From NCBI GenBank assembly GCA_002505775.1, contig DAVY01000009.1, positions 23,356-87,355 on the forward strand: DNA of 64,000 nt, given 5' to 3'. The DNA comes from Euryarchaeota archaeon UBA130 (lineage in GTDB: Archaea; Thermoplasmatota; Poseidoniia; Poseidoniales; Thalassarchaeaceae). Shown here one piece after another: positions 18,439 to 27,029 of the stretch. The notes below the pieces were generated by a model. That model worked only from the letters and a program-made list of their open reading frames with translations. It had not been told where the DNA came from and searched no databases. The position numbers were made by a program, and so were the translations under genes. How positions within the stretch are numbered: position 1 is the first letter of the stretch; each line of letters begins with the position of its first letter.

Positions 18439-19656
18439 ATGTCTGGTCGTTCATGGCTCGAAGAAAGAACAAATATGGGCATTAAGTTAGGGTTGGAAAA
18501 CTGTGAAGGCATTCTTTCAAGACTTGGCAACCCTCAGTCTTCATTTCCATCTATACACGTAGCCGGTACGAATGGAAAAGGATCTCTATGTGCTCAGCTA
18601 TCCGCAGCATCCTCTGCCAACGGGTTAAAGACAGGATTATTCACATCTCCGCATCTAGTCACTGTTGAAGAGAGAATAAGGATTGATGGAGTTCCTATTG
18701 AACCACAACAGTTTGATCAGGCATTAAGTAAAGTAATGGTTGCTTCGGAGGAGAATCCTTCGATATCCCCGACCTATTTCGAGACAACTTTTCTTGTTGC
18801 AATGGTAATATTCAGAGATCTTGGCGTGGAGAGAGCGATTATCGAGACTGGCATGGGAGGGAGAATGGATGCGACTATACTTGTGGAGGCTGATATGGCC
18901 ATCCTCACTACAATCTCGATGGACCACTCTGAATATCTTGGCGACACAATTACCGAAATAGCCAGTGAGAAGGTAGCGATTCACAGGCCAGGTAATCCAT
19001 TTATTGCCATTAAGCCCGAAGAATTAGAACTTCAGAGACTAATAGAAGACAGGGTTGGAGATGACCTTTCTTGGGCAATAATGCCCGATGAATTGAGTAT
19101 TTGGGAGTCTTATTCGGTAATCACCTCAAAGGTGCGAGATTATTTTGGCTGGAAAAAGGACTACTTTGACTGTATTTGGCCAGGGAGATCTCCGGGATTT
19201 GGTTCTTCCTGGTTCAATGAAGTAGATTTGAAATTCAGTGCCGCCCATAATCCCGAGAGTATGAAAAACGACATAAGAGAGACAGAAGATGTGGATGTAA
19301 TCCTAATTGCGATGATTGAGAAGGACGAGGTCTATGAGACCATGAGGGTCCTATCAGAAGAAGTATCGAAAAGACTGAAGCCACCGAAGATAATTATTAC
19401 AGAGATTAAGTCAGGAAGGAAACCATCCTTACCTCCAGAAATTCTTACGGAAATAATACATTCAGTTAGTCCCATACTTCTGACCATCATCCCGATTACA
19501 GACCTAACATCAGCACTTGAAGAGAGCTTCAGACTGGCAGCTCAAGAAGGCGGGAGAATAATGGTTGCTGGCAGCATATATTTACTTGGAGAAATAATTT
19601 CTAAAGTAGTCTCAGATAGGGGATTGGATCTGAGAAAAGTGATGACAATTCACTAA
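18439..19656 (+). CDS. folC: Folylpolyglutamate synthase/dihydrofolate synthase (Mur-ligase family)
   Basis: N-terminal motif GIKLGLENCEGILSRLGNPQ and P-loop HVAGTNGKGS. I chose the internal ATG at 18439 because the 5' extension from 18307 is antisense to the presenilin-like gene. Confidence 0.85.
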   Translation: MSGRSWLEERTNMGIKLGLENCEGILSRLGNPQSSFPSIHVAGTNGKGSLCAQLSAASSANGLKTGLFTSPHLVTVEERIRIDGVPIEPQQFDQALSKVMVASEENPSISPTYFETTFLVAMVIFRDLGVERAIIETGMGGRMDATILVEADMAILTTISMDHSEYLGDTITEIASEKVAIHRPGNPFIAIKPEELELQRLIEDRVGDDLSWAIMPDELSIWESYSVITSKVRDYFGWKKDYFDCIWPGRSPGFGSSWFNEVDLKFSAAHNPESMKNDIRETEDVDVILIAMIEKDEVYETMRVLSEEVSKRLKPPKIIITEIKSGRKPSLPPEILTEIIHSVSPILLTIIPITDLTSALEESFRLAAQEGGRIMVAGSIYLLGEIISKVVSDRGLDLRKVMTIH

Positions 19657-19666
19657 GAAGCCAAGT

Positions 19667-20014
19667 ATGATGACCTCTCCTCGTAACCCATCGATGTCAG
19701 GTAAGAGTGAGCCCAAGGCGGAAATAAAAGTCGTAGTGGAATCCCGGGATACTGCTTCGAAGGTGATTTTGATTTCTTTAGTCATAGTCCTCTCAGGAGT
19801 ATTATTGGCGCTATTGACTACGGACGCCGGAGAGAGTATTTTGAACCCAGTTTCTGATAATTCGGGGAACTGTGGCGATGGTGTTGACAATGACAATGGC
19901 GGACAAGCTGATCATGATGACCCGGATTGTTACAACAATCCAGAACTTTGGGAGGGCTACGACGAGAATAGAACCGAGGCGAATCGAGATAACGACCCTC
20001 CCGGTGGGAGATAG
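19667..20014 (+). CDS. Small membrane-anchored protein with an Asp/Cys-rich putative metal-binding motif
   Basis: It has one TM (VILISLVIVLSGVLLALL) followed by NCGDGVDNDNGGQADHDDPDC, which resembles the CxDGxDNDCDG putative metal-binding repeat. It is packed between folC (10-nt gap) and the dCMP deaminase gene (10-nt gap). Confidence 0.5.
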   Translation: MMTSPRNPSMSGKSEPKAEIKVVVESRDTASKVILISLVIVLSGVLLALLTTDAGESILNPVSDNSGNCGDGVDNDNGGQADHDDPDCYNNPELWEGYDENRTEANRDNDPPGGR

Positions 20015-20024
20015 AGGTGAGGAC

Positions 20025-20462
20025 ATGGGTGACAAGTGGGACAAGAGGTTTTTGGAACTAGCAAAACATATCTCATTGTGGAGTAAGGACCCATCTACAA
20101 AGGTCGGTTGTGTAGTGGTTGGGGAAGATAGAGAGATCAGGTCAACTGGATTCAACGGATTCCCAAGAGGAATTGAGGATGACGATGGAAGGCTTTCAGA
20201 TAGGTCTCAGAAGTATCCTCTGATATGTCATGCCGAAGAAAATGCAATTATGCATGCCGCAAGAGTTGGCGTATCCCTCAAGGGAAATACAGCCTATGTT
20301 ACTTGGCCACCCTGTTCCAGATGCACCAGATCCCTTATCCAAGCAGGAATAGAAGAGGTCGTTTTCCCGAAGGATTTGGAGATACCAGATAGGTGGCAGG
20401 AGGATTTCGCAATCGCCATGTCAATGATGTCAGAAGCTCAGGTGAGTGTTAGGCAAGTTTAG
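20025..20462 (+). CDS. dCMP (deoxycytidylate) deaminase
   Basis: Zinc motifs HAEENAI and PCSRCTRSL. It has the typical ~145 aa length when started at ATG 20025. Confidence 0.85.
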   Translation: MGDKWDKRFLELAKHISLWSKDPSTKVGCVVVGEDREIRSTGFNGFPRGIEDDDGRLSDRSQKYPLICHAEENAIMHAARVGVSLKGNTAYVTWPPCSRCTRSLIQAGIEEVVFPKDLEIPDRWQEDFAIAMSMMSEAQVSVRQV

Positions 20463-21000
20463 TTAGTGTAGGCCAGAGGTCTTCCAGATCAGAGTATAAT
20501 TCTTCAATCCCACCTTCGTTAATTATTACCAAATCAGACAAAGCGGCAGTAGCATTGAGGGCTTGTCCCGCCTCATCAGAGGCAACTTCCTCCGCCTTCT
20601 CCTGAGCGAGGAATCTCTCCTTCTCTGTTGGGTCGCCTATCCTGCCTCTATCTTGTGATCTCTTCCACCTAGAATCAAGGCCTGCCCTGATCTCAATCAG
20701 AACAAAATCGCTTCTCTTTCTGAGTGCCTCAACTTCACCGGGAGTTCTAATTGAGTCAATCACCGCATCTTCGCCATTCAATGACTCTAGTAGCATTTCT
20801 GCGAGAATACCTGCACCGCCTCTTCTACGAAGCTCCCTTCCACCCTCAATCAATGAGTCCCTACTTTCCTCTATTCCCTGCTCCGATAGCCATGATCTGA
20901 TAGAATCTGAACATGAGGTAGTCTTCACTCCCTTAGAGGAAAACCAATTGACTACGGTAGTTTTCCCAGAAGCATTCCGACCAGTCAATCCCACAAGCAT
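20449..21000 (-). CDS. P-loop nucleotide/nucleoside kinase-like protein (CoaE/UPF0200-like)
   Basis: N-terminal Walker A GLTGRNASGKTT and a small ~180 aa kinase-like architecture. The substrate is unknown. Confidence 0.6.
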   Translation of the reverse strand: MLVGLTGRNASGKTTVVNWFSSKGVKTTSCSDSIRSWLSEQGIEESRDSLIEGGRELRRRGGAGILAEMLLESLNGEDAVIDSIRTPGEVEALRKRSDFVLIEIRAGLDSRWKRSQDRGRIGDPTEKERFLAQEKAEEVASDEAGQALNATAALSDLVIINEGGIEELYSDLEDLWPTLTKLA

Positions 21001-21033
21001 GGCTGTGGGAAGGCATACGGGAAATAGGGCTTT

Positions 21034-23985
21034 CTAGCGCCAGAATGGACGAGTCCTAGCATATTGCAATTCAGAATTATGTATGGACCTCAGTAATCTT
21101 ACCCTATCCCCAGGGGGGCCTCTTAGAATTCTGGTTGCTGTATCCTCCCCAACTCCTCTGCCCATCAAGCAAAGAATAGCATCCTGACCATGTGTCCTCA
21201 CAAGCTCTGCGTTCCTCTGAATTCTTCCTGTGATTTTCTCGTCCGAGCTTCTAATCCTCTCTAAAAGAGATTTTTCTAGTCTTTCTGGAGCACAGGCCTG
21301 CATAGTTCCCCCGCAACCCGAACAAGGAGATATCTGGGCCAATCTTTCTACCCGTCTCCTGGTTTTACTTTCACAATTCAAGCAAATTAGAACCGCTCGT
21401 TCATTGAGGAGGCGTGTCTCCAGCCTCTCTCTAATTTCGACATCACTCCATGCTGGAAGTAACAAATCCATCTCAGCTCTTGGTGATCTGCCAAGCCTCC
21501 CTGGGGCAGTAATGTGGACCTCTACACTCCCATTACTTATCTGTCGAAGTAGGTCCTGCGTCCCTTCGATATCCATCCTCTCATGGAAAAGCTTCTCGAG
21601 AGACTCTTCGATTACGGGGGTTCCTCTGTATCTCTGCATCAAACCCTCTAGATTGACCTTCCTAGGGTCCGTGCCTTTCTGAAGAATCCCCATCTTCCTA
21701 GCAACCTGAACCACTCTCCATCTGATTGCTCTACCATTAGGGATAGTCATCCACATAATGGAAGGAATTGATGATGAAGGGGTTTCATTGAGTAGATTCA
21801 CGACATCACTGGCAGACAATGAGGGAACCTGTAGTGAGATCCTGTATGGATCAATCGTTGATCTTCCCATCTTCCCGTCCTTCAAAGAACCCATTGCCTG
21901 TAGAAGATGTCCAAGTGTCTCATTTACCCTAGATCCCCTGCAGGTATTCACAATTATGGCCCCATCACTTTCTGAAACTGTAATAGTGTTCTCATCTGGA
22001 ATTACGCCAGATGCATCGTAATGTTCAGTGACGGTACTGATGAGATGATTACGTGCATCCTCAGATAATGGATACTCACCGAGGTCGCGAGCTTCACCAT
22101 TCGAAGCACCGATGGCAATGGCAACAGATCTTCTGAGCATACCGACCTCCATAGCAACCTCAATCGGGACCGGAGGTAACTCCCCAGACCATACAGGGAC
22201 TTCTCCCGAATCATTGATTGGAATGACCAGAATTTCTTCTTGATCGGGGTCAGCATCGACAATTTGCCAGGTTCTCCCAGCCATCACGAAAGCTCTACTG
22301 CCACTTTTTCCGTCCCCTTCTCCACCCAGAGAAAGAACAAACGCCTCGTCTACAGACCCAAGGACACTCCTGCCAACTGCGTCTCTCACTCTGTAAGATA
22401 ACTCGTCTGGAATCATTGAGATATGGTCAATCCGGTTTCTGCCTAGTCTAGCTGAAGGAGAGAACCACCCCTCTTTCAGTGATTCTGGAAGTCCTGATAT
22501 CAACTGTTTCCTCCATTTTATCTTCTTCGAATCATCAATCTCTTGATCCCATGATGGCCTCTCAAGAGGAGCATCACCTTCTGTAATATCTGCCAATCTA
22601 GACCAAAGCTTTGGCGACCAAGAGGTAACGTCAGATTCATTGGGGTCTTCGACGAAATTTATCATCCACCTATCGCTAAGTACTCTGAGCAGGGAGATGG
22701 TATCCTCCCTATTCCACTTATTGAAGATTGAACACCTCGCTATTATGTCGGTAGCTAAGTCAATTGGAACTACCCCCCTCTCAATTGACATCTGCATAAA
22801 TTGGTTTGCGGCAACGATACCTGGATTAGTGCGCCATTCGACACCCTCTAATTCTCCATGCATGGCCTTTCGGGCAATAACCGCACCTTCGGCAACCTCG
22901 TCAGTCTCCCATGCCAGCAATTCCCCTCTTCCGGTACCTCCGATGGTATGTTCTGCCCTGCCCATCCTCTGGAGAAGCCGATCAACAGCTCTGGGACTTT
23001 GTATTTGATGGACTCTTTTGATTGAACCTATGTCTATCCCAAGCTCAAGGCTACTAGTACATACTATGGCATGCAAATCTCCGTTTCGGAGCCTTTCCTC
23101 CATTTCCATCCTGGTCTCAGCGGCAAGACTTCCATGGTGGACGCCAAGTTTCAAGTCTGGATTAATCCCTCTTAGTCGCTGGGAAACTGATTCTGCAGCA
23201 TTACGTGAGTTAACGAAAACCAATGCCGGGTAGCTCTCATAGAGAGATTTTGCAAGCCTCCTATGAGCTGCAACTGAATGGGGTGAACTTGACCAAATTA
23301 TTGACGTAGCTTCATCTGATGGGTCCGGCATTTCTCTGTGGACCAAAACTTCGGTGGATCTTGGAGAAGGGCCAACAATTGCGATAGCATCTCTCGATAG
23401 CCATCTAGCTGTTTCATCAGGATTTCCAACTGTGGCAGAAAGGCCGATCCGCTGGAACCCATTCGGACAATATTCATTGATTCTTTCCAGAGCAACCAAC
23501 AATTGTGCGCCTCTTTCCGATGATGCTAGGTCATGTACTTCATCTAATACCACTGCCTTTATTCTGGATAAATGTCCCCTCAGTCTACTTCCGAGGAGCA
23601 TTATTTGTGCAGTCTCAGGAGTTGTGATCAGTAGGTTCGGGGGATTTTTCGACTGCTTCGCCCTCTCTCTTTGCGAAGTATCGCCATGTCTTAGCCCAAC
23701 AGTTATTCCCAAGGGTTCTAGCATTTCGGCAAGCCTCCTGTCAATATCCCTGTTTAGTGCTCTGAGAGGGGTAATGTAGAGTATCGATAGCCCCTCCCAA
23801 TTCTCTGAGATGAATCTGGATGCCAAAGGAAGGATTGCAGCCTCAGTTTTTCCACTTCCAGTGGGTGAGACCAGGACTCTATCAAATCCAGACACCAGGT
23901 CTTCCATGGACGAGCTCTGTATCGAAGAGAGTGTCCACTTCCTACTATCGATAAGTCCTCTGACCTTAGGATGGAGAATGGTCAT
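21034..23985 (-). CDS. lhr: Lhr-type large ATP-dependent DEAD/DEAH-box helicase
   Basis: Motif I SPTGSGKTEAA, motif II LDEVH and helicase C motifs (GSLAAETR, TSSLELGIDIG, QRMGRAEH). A long C-terminal region ends with a CxxC...CxxC zinc ribbon. Total length is 983 aa. Confidence 0.85.
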   Translation of the reverse strand: MTILHPKVRGLIDSRKWTLSSIQSSSMEDLVSGFDRVLVSPTGSGKTEAAILPLASRFISENWEGLSILYITPLRALNRDIDRRLAEMLEPLGITVGLRHGDTSQRERAKQSKNPPNLLITTPETAQIMLLGSRLRGHLSRIKAVVLDEVHDLASSERGAQLLVALERINEYCPNGFQRIGLSATVGNPDETARWLSRDAIAIVGPSPRSTEVLVHREMPDPSDEATSIIWSSSPHSVAAHRRLAKSLYESYPALVFVNSRNAAESVSQRLRGINPDLKLGVHHGSLAAETRMEMEERLRNGDLHAIVCTSSLELGIDIGSIKRVHQIQSPRAVDRLLQRMGRAEHTIGGTGRGELLAWETDEVAEGAVIARKAMHGELEGVEWRTNPGIVAANQFMQMSIERGVVPIDLATDIIARCSIFNKWNREDTISLLRVLSDRWMINFVEDPNESDVTSWSPKLWSRLADITEGDAPLERPSWDQEIDDSKKIKWRKQLISGLPESLKEGWFSPSARLGRNRIDHISMIPDELSYRVRDAVGRSVLGSVDEAFVLSLGGEGDGKSGSRAFVMAGRTWQIVDADPDQEEILVIPINDSGEVPVWSGELPPVPIEVAMEVGMLRRSVAIAIGASNGEARDLGEYPLSEDARNHLISTVTEHYDASGVIPDENTITVSESDGAIIVNTCRGSRVNETLGHLLQAMGSLKDGKMGRSTIDPYRISLQVPSLSASDVVNLLNETPSSSIPSIMWMTIPNGRAIRWRVVQVARKMGILQKGTDPRKVNLEGLMQRYRGTPVIEESLEKLFHERMDIEGTQDLLRQISNGSVEVHITAPGRLGRSPRAEMDLLLPAWSDVEIRERLETRLLNERAVLICLNCESKTRRRVERLAQISPCSGCGGTMQACAPERLEKSLLERIRSSDEKITGRIQRNAELVRTHGQDAILCLMGRGVGEDTATRILRGPPGDRVRLLRSIHNSELQYARTRPFWR

Positions 23986-23996
23986 GGTGCTCCCAA

Positions 23997-25316
23997 CTAG
24001 ATTTCCGAAGAAGGATGAGGTGGCAAATCATCGGACCAATCTGACATTTCGTTCAGTGTCCTAGTCACGTTAGTCACCTCTCCCTGCTCCCAATAATCCA
24101 CGCCGATGAATGTAGGCCTATTACCTACAGTTTCCCAGCATAGCAGAGCTCTTTCCAGTAAAGTATCGTAAGAATTGACCTGAGATGCCTTATTTGCATC
24201 CGATAATCCAAAAGTACTCAACCAGTTATTCATGTGCCAAACAGGTTGGCCTAAGTCGCCTCTCCCTAGGTCACAAGTCATTTCATCTTGGCTAGACTCT
24301 CCGTATGGGGTATCCCAAGTGTGCTTCCAAGCTGGTAATAATTTAGTGAAATTATATTCATATTCCATCTCGATGAAAATCACGACATCAGTCCCAGATA
24401 GTGCCATATCTCCTATTGATGGCCAGGGGCTTCCTAATTCGTGGATGTAAGCCCTTTCCAAGATTCCTGTCTCATTTAGTAGGTACTCCAGATGCTCCCC
24501 TGGAACTCGATAGTTCTGTATCAGGAGACTGACTATGTCACCACTGCTGTTGTTGTGGAGCGAACTTAAATTTCTGAGCCAAGCAAAGGCATCAACACTA
24601 CCAAACAAACACGGGGGAGTATTCGGTAAGGACAATGCATGGCAAAAAACTACATCCTCCTTTTCATTATTCAATTCAGACGGGTGATAAGGGTCCAACA
24701 TGAAGGCTCTGATACCATCCTCCCATTGACTCTGCAAACCAGTATGATGGTTTATTCCAGCAATTATGCCATCTTCCGGGGTTGAGAATGAGTTATGAGA
24801 TTCAGCGAAGGTAAAATCGTCATAAGTTCTCAAACAGTATTTGCTCATTCCATGGCAAGTGATGTAGTCCTCACTATCCAGGTAATCCAAACCTCTGGCT
24901 TGCTCCCACTCATTTGGTAGGCCATCGCCGTCAGCATCCAAATCCAGTGTATCACAAATCATATCTCCATCATAATCCTCAGGAACCGATTTATTGTCTC
25001 GTGGATCTGTGGAGCAATCTAACTCCGTAAAGTCCCCCCAAAGATCCCCATCATCGTCACTATCGAGGAAGTCGCAGACCAGGTCTCCATCAATATCTGA
25101 TGGAACACTGGTGGAGGTGAAAGGGTCAGTAGTACAATTTAGCTCCATATCATTGTCCCATCCATCTCCATCAATATCCAGATCTTCACTGTCTTGAATT
25201 CCATCTCCATCCAAATCAGGAGCGTTAGCCATACAACCAGATGTTAGGATAAAAATAACCATCACTGCTGGCAGGGGGCTCCTTTCCATCAAACCTCCAT
25301 AACATGGTCTTCTCAT
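23997..25316 (-). CDS. Secreted lipoprotein: thrombospondin-type-3-like Asp-rich calcium-binding repeats plus a PLC-like phosphodiesterase-like C-terminal domain (tentative)
   Basis: It has a signal peptide with a lipobox (VIFILTSGC) and repeated DxDxDGxxD modules. The C-terminal domain has FAESHNSFS ... GIRAFMLD, reminiscent of the PI-PLC X-box region. An alternative start is ATG 25289. Confidence 0.6.
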   Translation of the reverse strand: MRRPCYGGLMERSPLPAVMVIFILTSGCMANAPDLDGDGIQDSEDLDIDGDGWDNDMELNCTTDPFTSTSVPSDIDGDLVCDFLDSDDDGDLWGDFTELDCSTDPRDNKSVPEDYDGDMICDTLDLDADGDGLPNEWEQARGLDYLDSEDYITCHGMSKYCLRTYDDFTFAESHNSFSTPEDGIIAGINHHTGLQSQWEDGIRAFMLDPYHPSELNNEKEDVVFCHALSLPNTPPCLFGSVDAFAWLRNLSSLHNNSSGDIVSLLIQNYRVPGEHLEYLLNETGILERAYIHELGSPWPSIGDMALSGTDVVIFIEMEYEYNFTKLLPAWKHTWDTPYGESSQDEMTCDLGRGDLGQPVWHMNNWLSTFGLSDANKASQVNSYDTLLERALLCWETVGNRPTFIGVDYWEQGEVTNVTRTLNEMSDWSDDLPPHPSSEI

Positions 25317-25399
25317 GAACCAATCGGATGAAAATCTTCAATTGTATCAGTCAGAAAATAGGAAGTGACTAATCATATGTGCTCTGTCCAGTGGTTGCT

Positions 25400-26218
25400 A
25401 TGGCTCGCGGAAGGGTAACCAGGAAGGGTGTTCTGACCAAGTGGTGGGAATCTAATAAGGACAGCCAGTTTCAAATCATAACTTACGCTACAATTCTATC
25501 ATGTGCATCTATGGCATGGGGGTTCATTTTCCTATTTATGCTCGGAGGAGCCACAGATCCTTCACATCAAGATAGCTTGGTCCCATTCAGTTGGCTCTGT
25601 TTGGTTGTTGGGTCATTTACCTCATTCTACACTCTACCTGAGTTTGGTTATTTTTGGTCGCAAAGAACAGCTTTGGAGGAAATACTTGAGTTGGATGCAA
25701 GGACTGAAGTCCTCAAAAGGAGGAAAGAGGCGGAAGATGCCGCAGATATTCTCGGCCCTAAATATCAATCAAGGCTTATGGGACTATACGATCATTACCA
25801 GATTAGAGGAGGGAGGAGGTTCAAGGTAGACGCTTCTCCTGTAAAGAATTCCCTAACCGAAAAAACTCCAGTCGTAGGCAGGGAATTTCAACGTCAGTGG
25901 TGGCAAACAGAAAACTCCAAACTTTCAGAATTCCTTCCAGCTCTCTCGATCCTCAAAACAAAGAAGGCAAATAGAATGATAATCGTTTTCTCGACATTGG
26001 CAATCGCCCTACTACTCCTCAACACCCTCTTTGGAATACATATTGGCATAGGGGGAATAAATCACGAAACCTTAGATCTTTCAGCATATCTGTTGTCGAC
26101 GGAAAATGTTACTTTTAATCCTCCTCATTTAGACTCTGTAAGCCTATTATTAATCGCCTTCTTTTCTTTAATCTTAGATTTTACCAGGCCTCCAGTGATA
26201 TTTCAAGAGGAGGAGTGA
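25400..26218 (+). CDS. Four-TM membrane protein of unknown function
   Basis: Two N-terminal and two C-terminal hydrophobic segments flank a charged cytoplasmic region. Its stop is 1 nt before the signal peptidase ATG. Confidence 0.55.
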   Translation: MARGRVTRKGVLTKWWESNKDSQFQIITYATILSCASMAWGFIFLFMLGGATDPSHQDSLVPFSWLCLVVGSFTSFYTLPEFGYFWSQRTALEEILELDARTEVLKRRKEAEDAADILGPKYQSRLMGLYDHYQIRGGRRFKVDASPVKNSLTEKTPVVGREFQRQWWQTENSKLSEFLPALSILKTKKANRMIIVFSTLAIALLLLNTLFGIHIGIGGINHETLDLSAYLLSTENVTFNPPHLDSVSLLLIAFFSLILDFTRPPVIFQEEE

Positions 26219-26219
26219 G

Positions 26220-27029
26220 ATGAACAGTGCAGTATTCAGAGAAGTATTTCTTGCAGGTGGTCTAGTCTCTCTTCTTCTAGGCGCAATGTTTCTCTCAACA
26301 GGAACATTCCCCCCTATGGTTGTGGTCGAATCTGGATCGATGATGCATGACGAAGATGGAAAAATCGGCGTAATAGACCCAGGTGATTTAGTCCTGGTAA
26401 TTAATCCAGCCAGAAAAAATGTAGTGACATATGTTGAAGCCACAGACACGAATGATGATAATTTTGGATACAAGTCTCATGGGATGTACGGGGATGTAAT
26501 TGTGTTTAGTAAAAATGGGGGTACTGATACTCCTGTAATCCACAGGGCGCTTCTGAAGGCTGTCCATAATGACACAGGTGGGTGGGATGTCCCAGGTACC
26601 ACCCTGAGGGGGGTTAGTAGTATCAATTGGACGCTTGAATATAGCTGTGTTTCATATCATGGCTCGGTTTATGAACTGAAGATAGATGATTGGGTCCCCT
26701 CTCATGAAGGATATCTTACAACTGGGGATAATCAGGATACCAATGGATGTAGGATAGACCAACTTTCAGCTACCGGCCAAGATGGAAGAAATGGGCTTTT
26801 AGATGAGAATAATAATCCAGTTACTGCGGTGAAGGATGAATGGATAATTGGGATAGCCTCTTCGGAAATTCCATGGATTGGAGCGGCTAAATTATTCTTC
26901 TCCCCTCCTCCCTCTGCAGACTATGTTACGAGTAAGACTTGGACTATGCTGGGATTAGTAATCGCTTCGATATTGATTATTCCTAGTGTGGTAGATGCAA
27001 CTTTCCCTCCAAAGGACGAAGAGGAATAA
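26220..27029 (+). CDS. Signal peptidase I, archaeal/eukaryotic Sec11 type (S26B)
   Basis: Conserved boxes SGSMMH (Ser box), GDLVLV, GDVIVF...PVIHRAL (His box) and GYLTTGDNQD. It has N- and C-terminal TM segments. GGAGGAG lies upstream of the ATG. Confidence 0.8.
   Translation: MNSAVFREVFLAGGLVSLLLGAMFLSTGTFPPMVVVESGSMMHDEDGKIGVIDPGDLVLVINPARKNVVTYVEATDTNDDNFGYKSHGMYGDVIVFSKNGGTDTPVIHRALLKAVHNDTGGWDVPGTTLRGVSSINWTLEYSCVSYHGSVYELKIDDWVPSHEGYLTTGDNQDTNGCRIDQLSATGQDGRNGLLDENNNPVTAVKDEWIIGIASSEIPWIGAAKLFFSPPPSADYVTSKTWTMLGLVIASILIIPSVVDATFPPKDEEE

Noticed and set aside
21230-23779. Several plus-strand ORFs of 70-150 aa inside the Lhr helicase gene.
   Set aside because: They are shadow ORFs of a 983-aa helicase whose motifs are in correct order. 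None has domain signatures.
20025-23985. dCMP deaminase, a nucleotide kinase-like gene and a large helicase, considered as a possible nucleotide-depletion or helicase-based antiviral module.
   Set aside because: The deaminase is a minimal housekeeping-type ComEB enzyme in an operon with folC. The kinase and the helicase are on the opposite strand and look like ordinary Lhr and kinase genes. There are no nuclease, effector, mobile-element or hypervariable signs nearby.
25503-25829. An alternative-frame 108-aa plus-strand ORF inside the 4-TM membrane protein gene.
   Set aside because: It is on the same strand and overlaps a longer ORF with clear TM architecture that is coupled to the signal peptidase gene. 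Its translation is Gly/Ser/Lys-rich without features.
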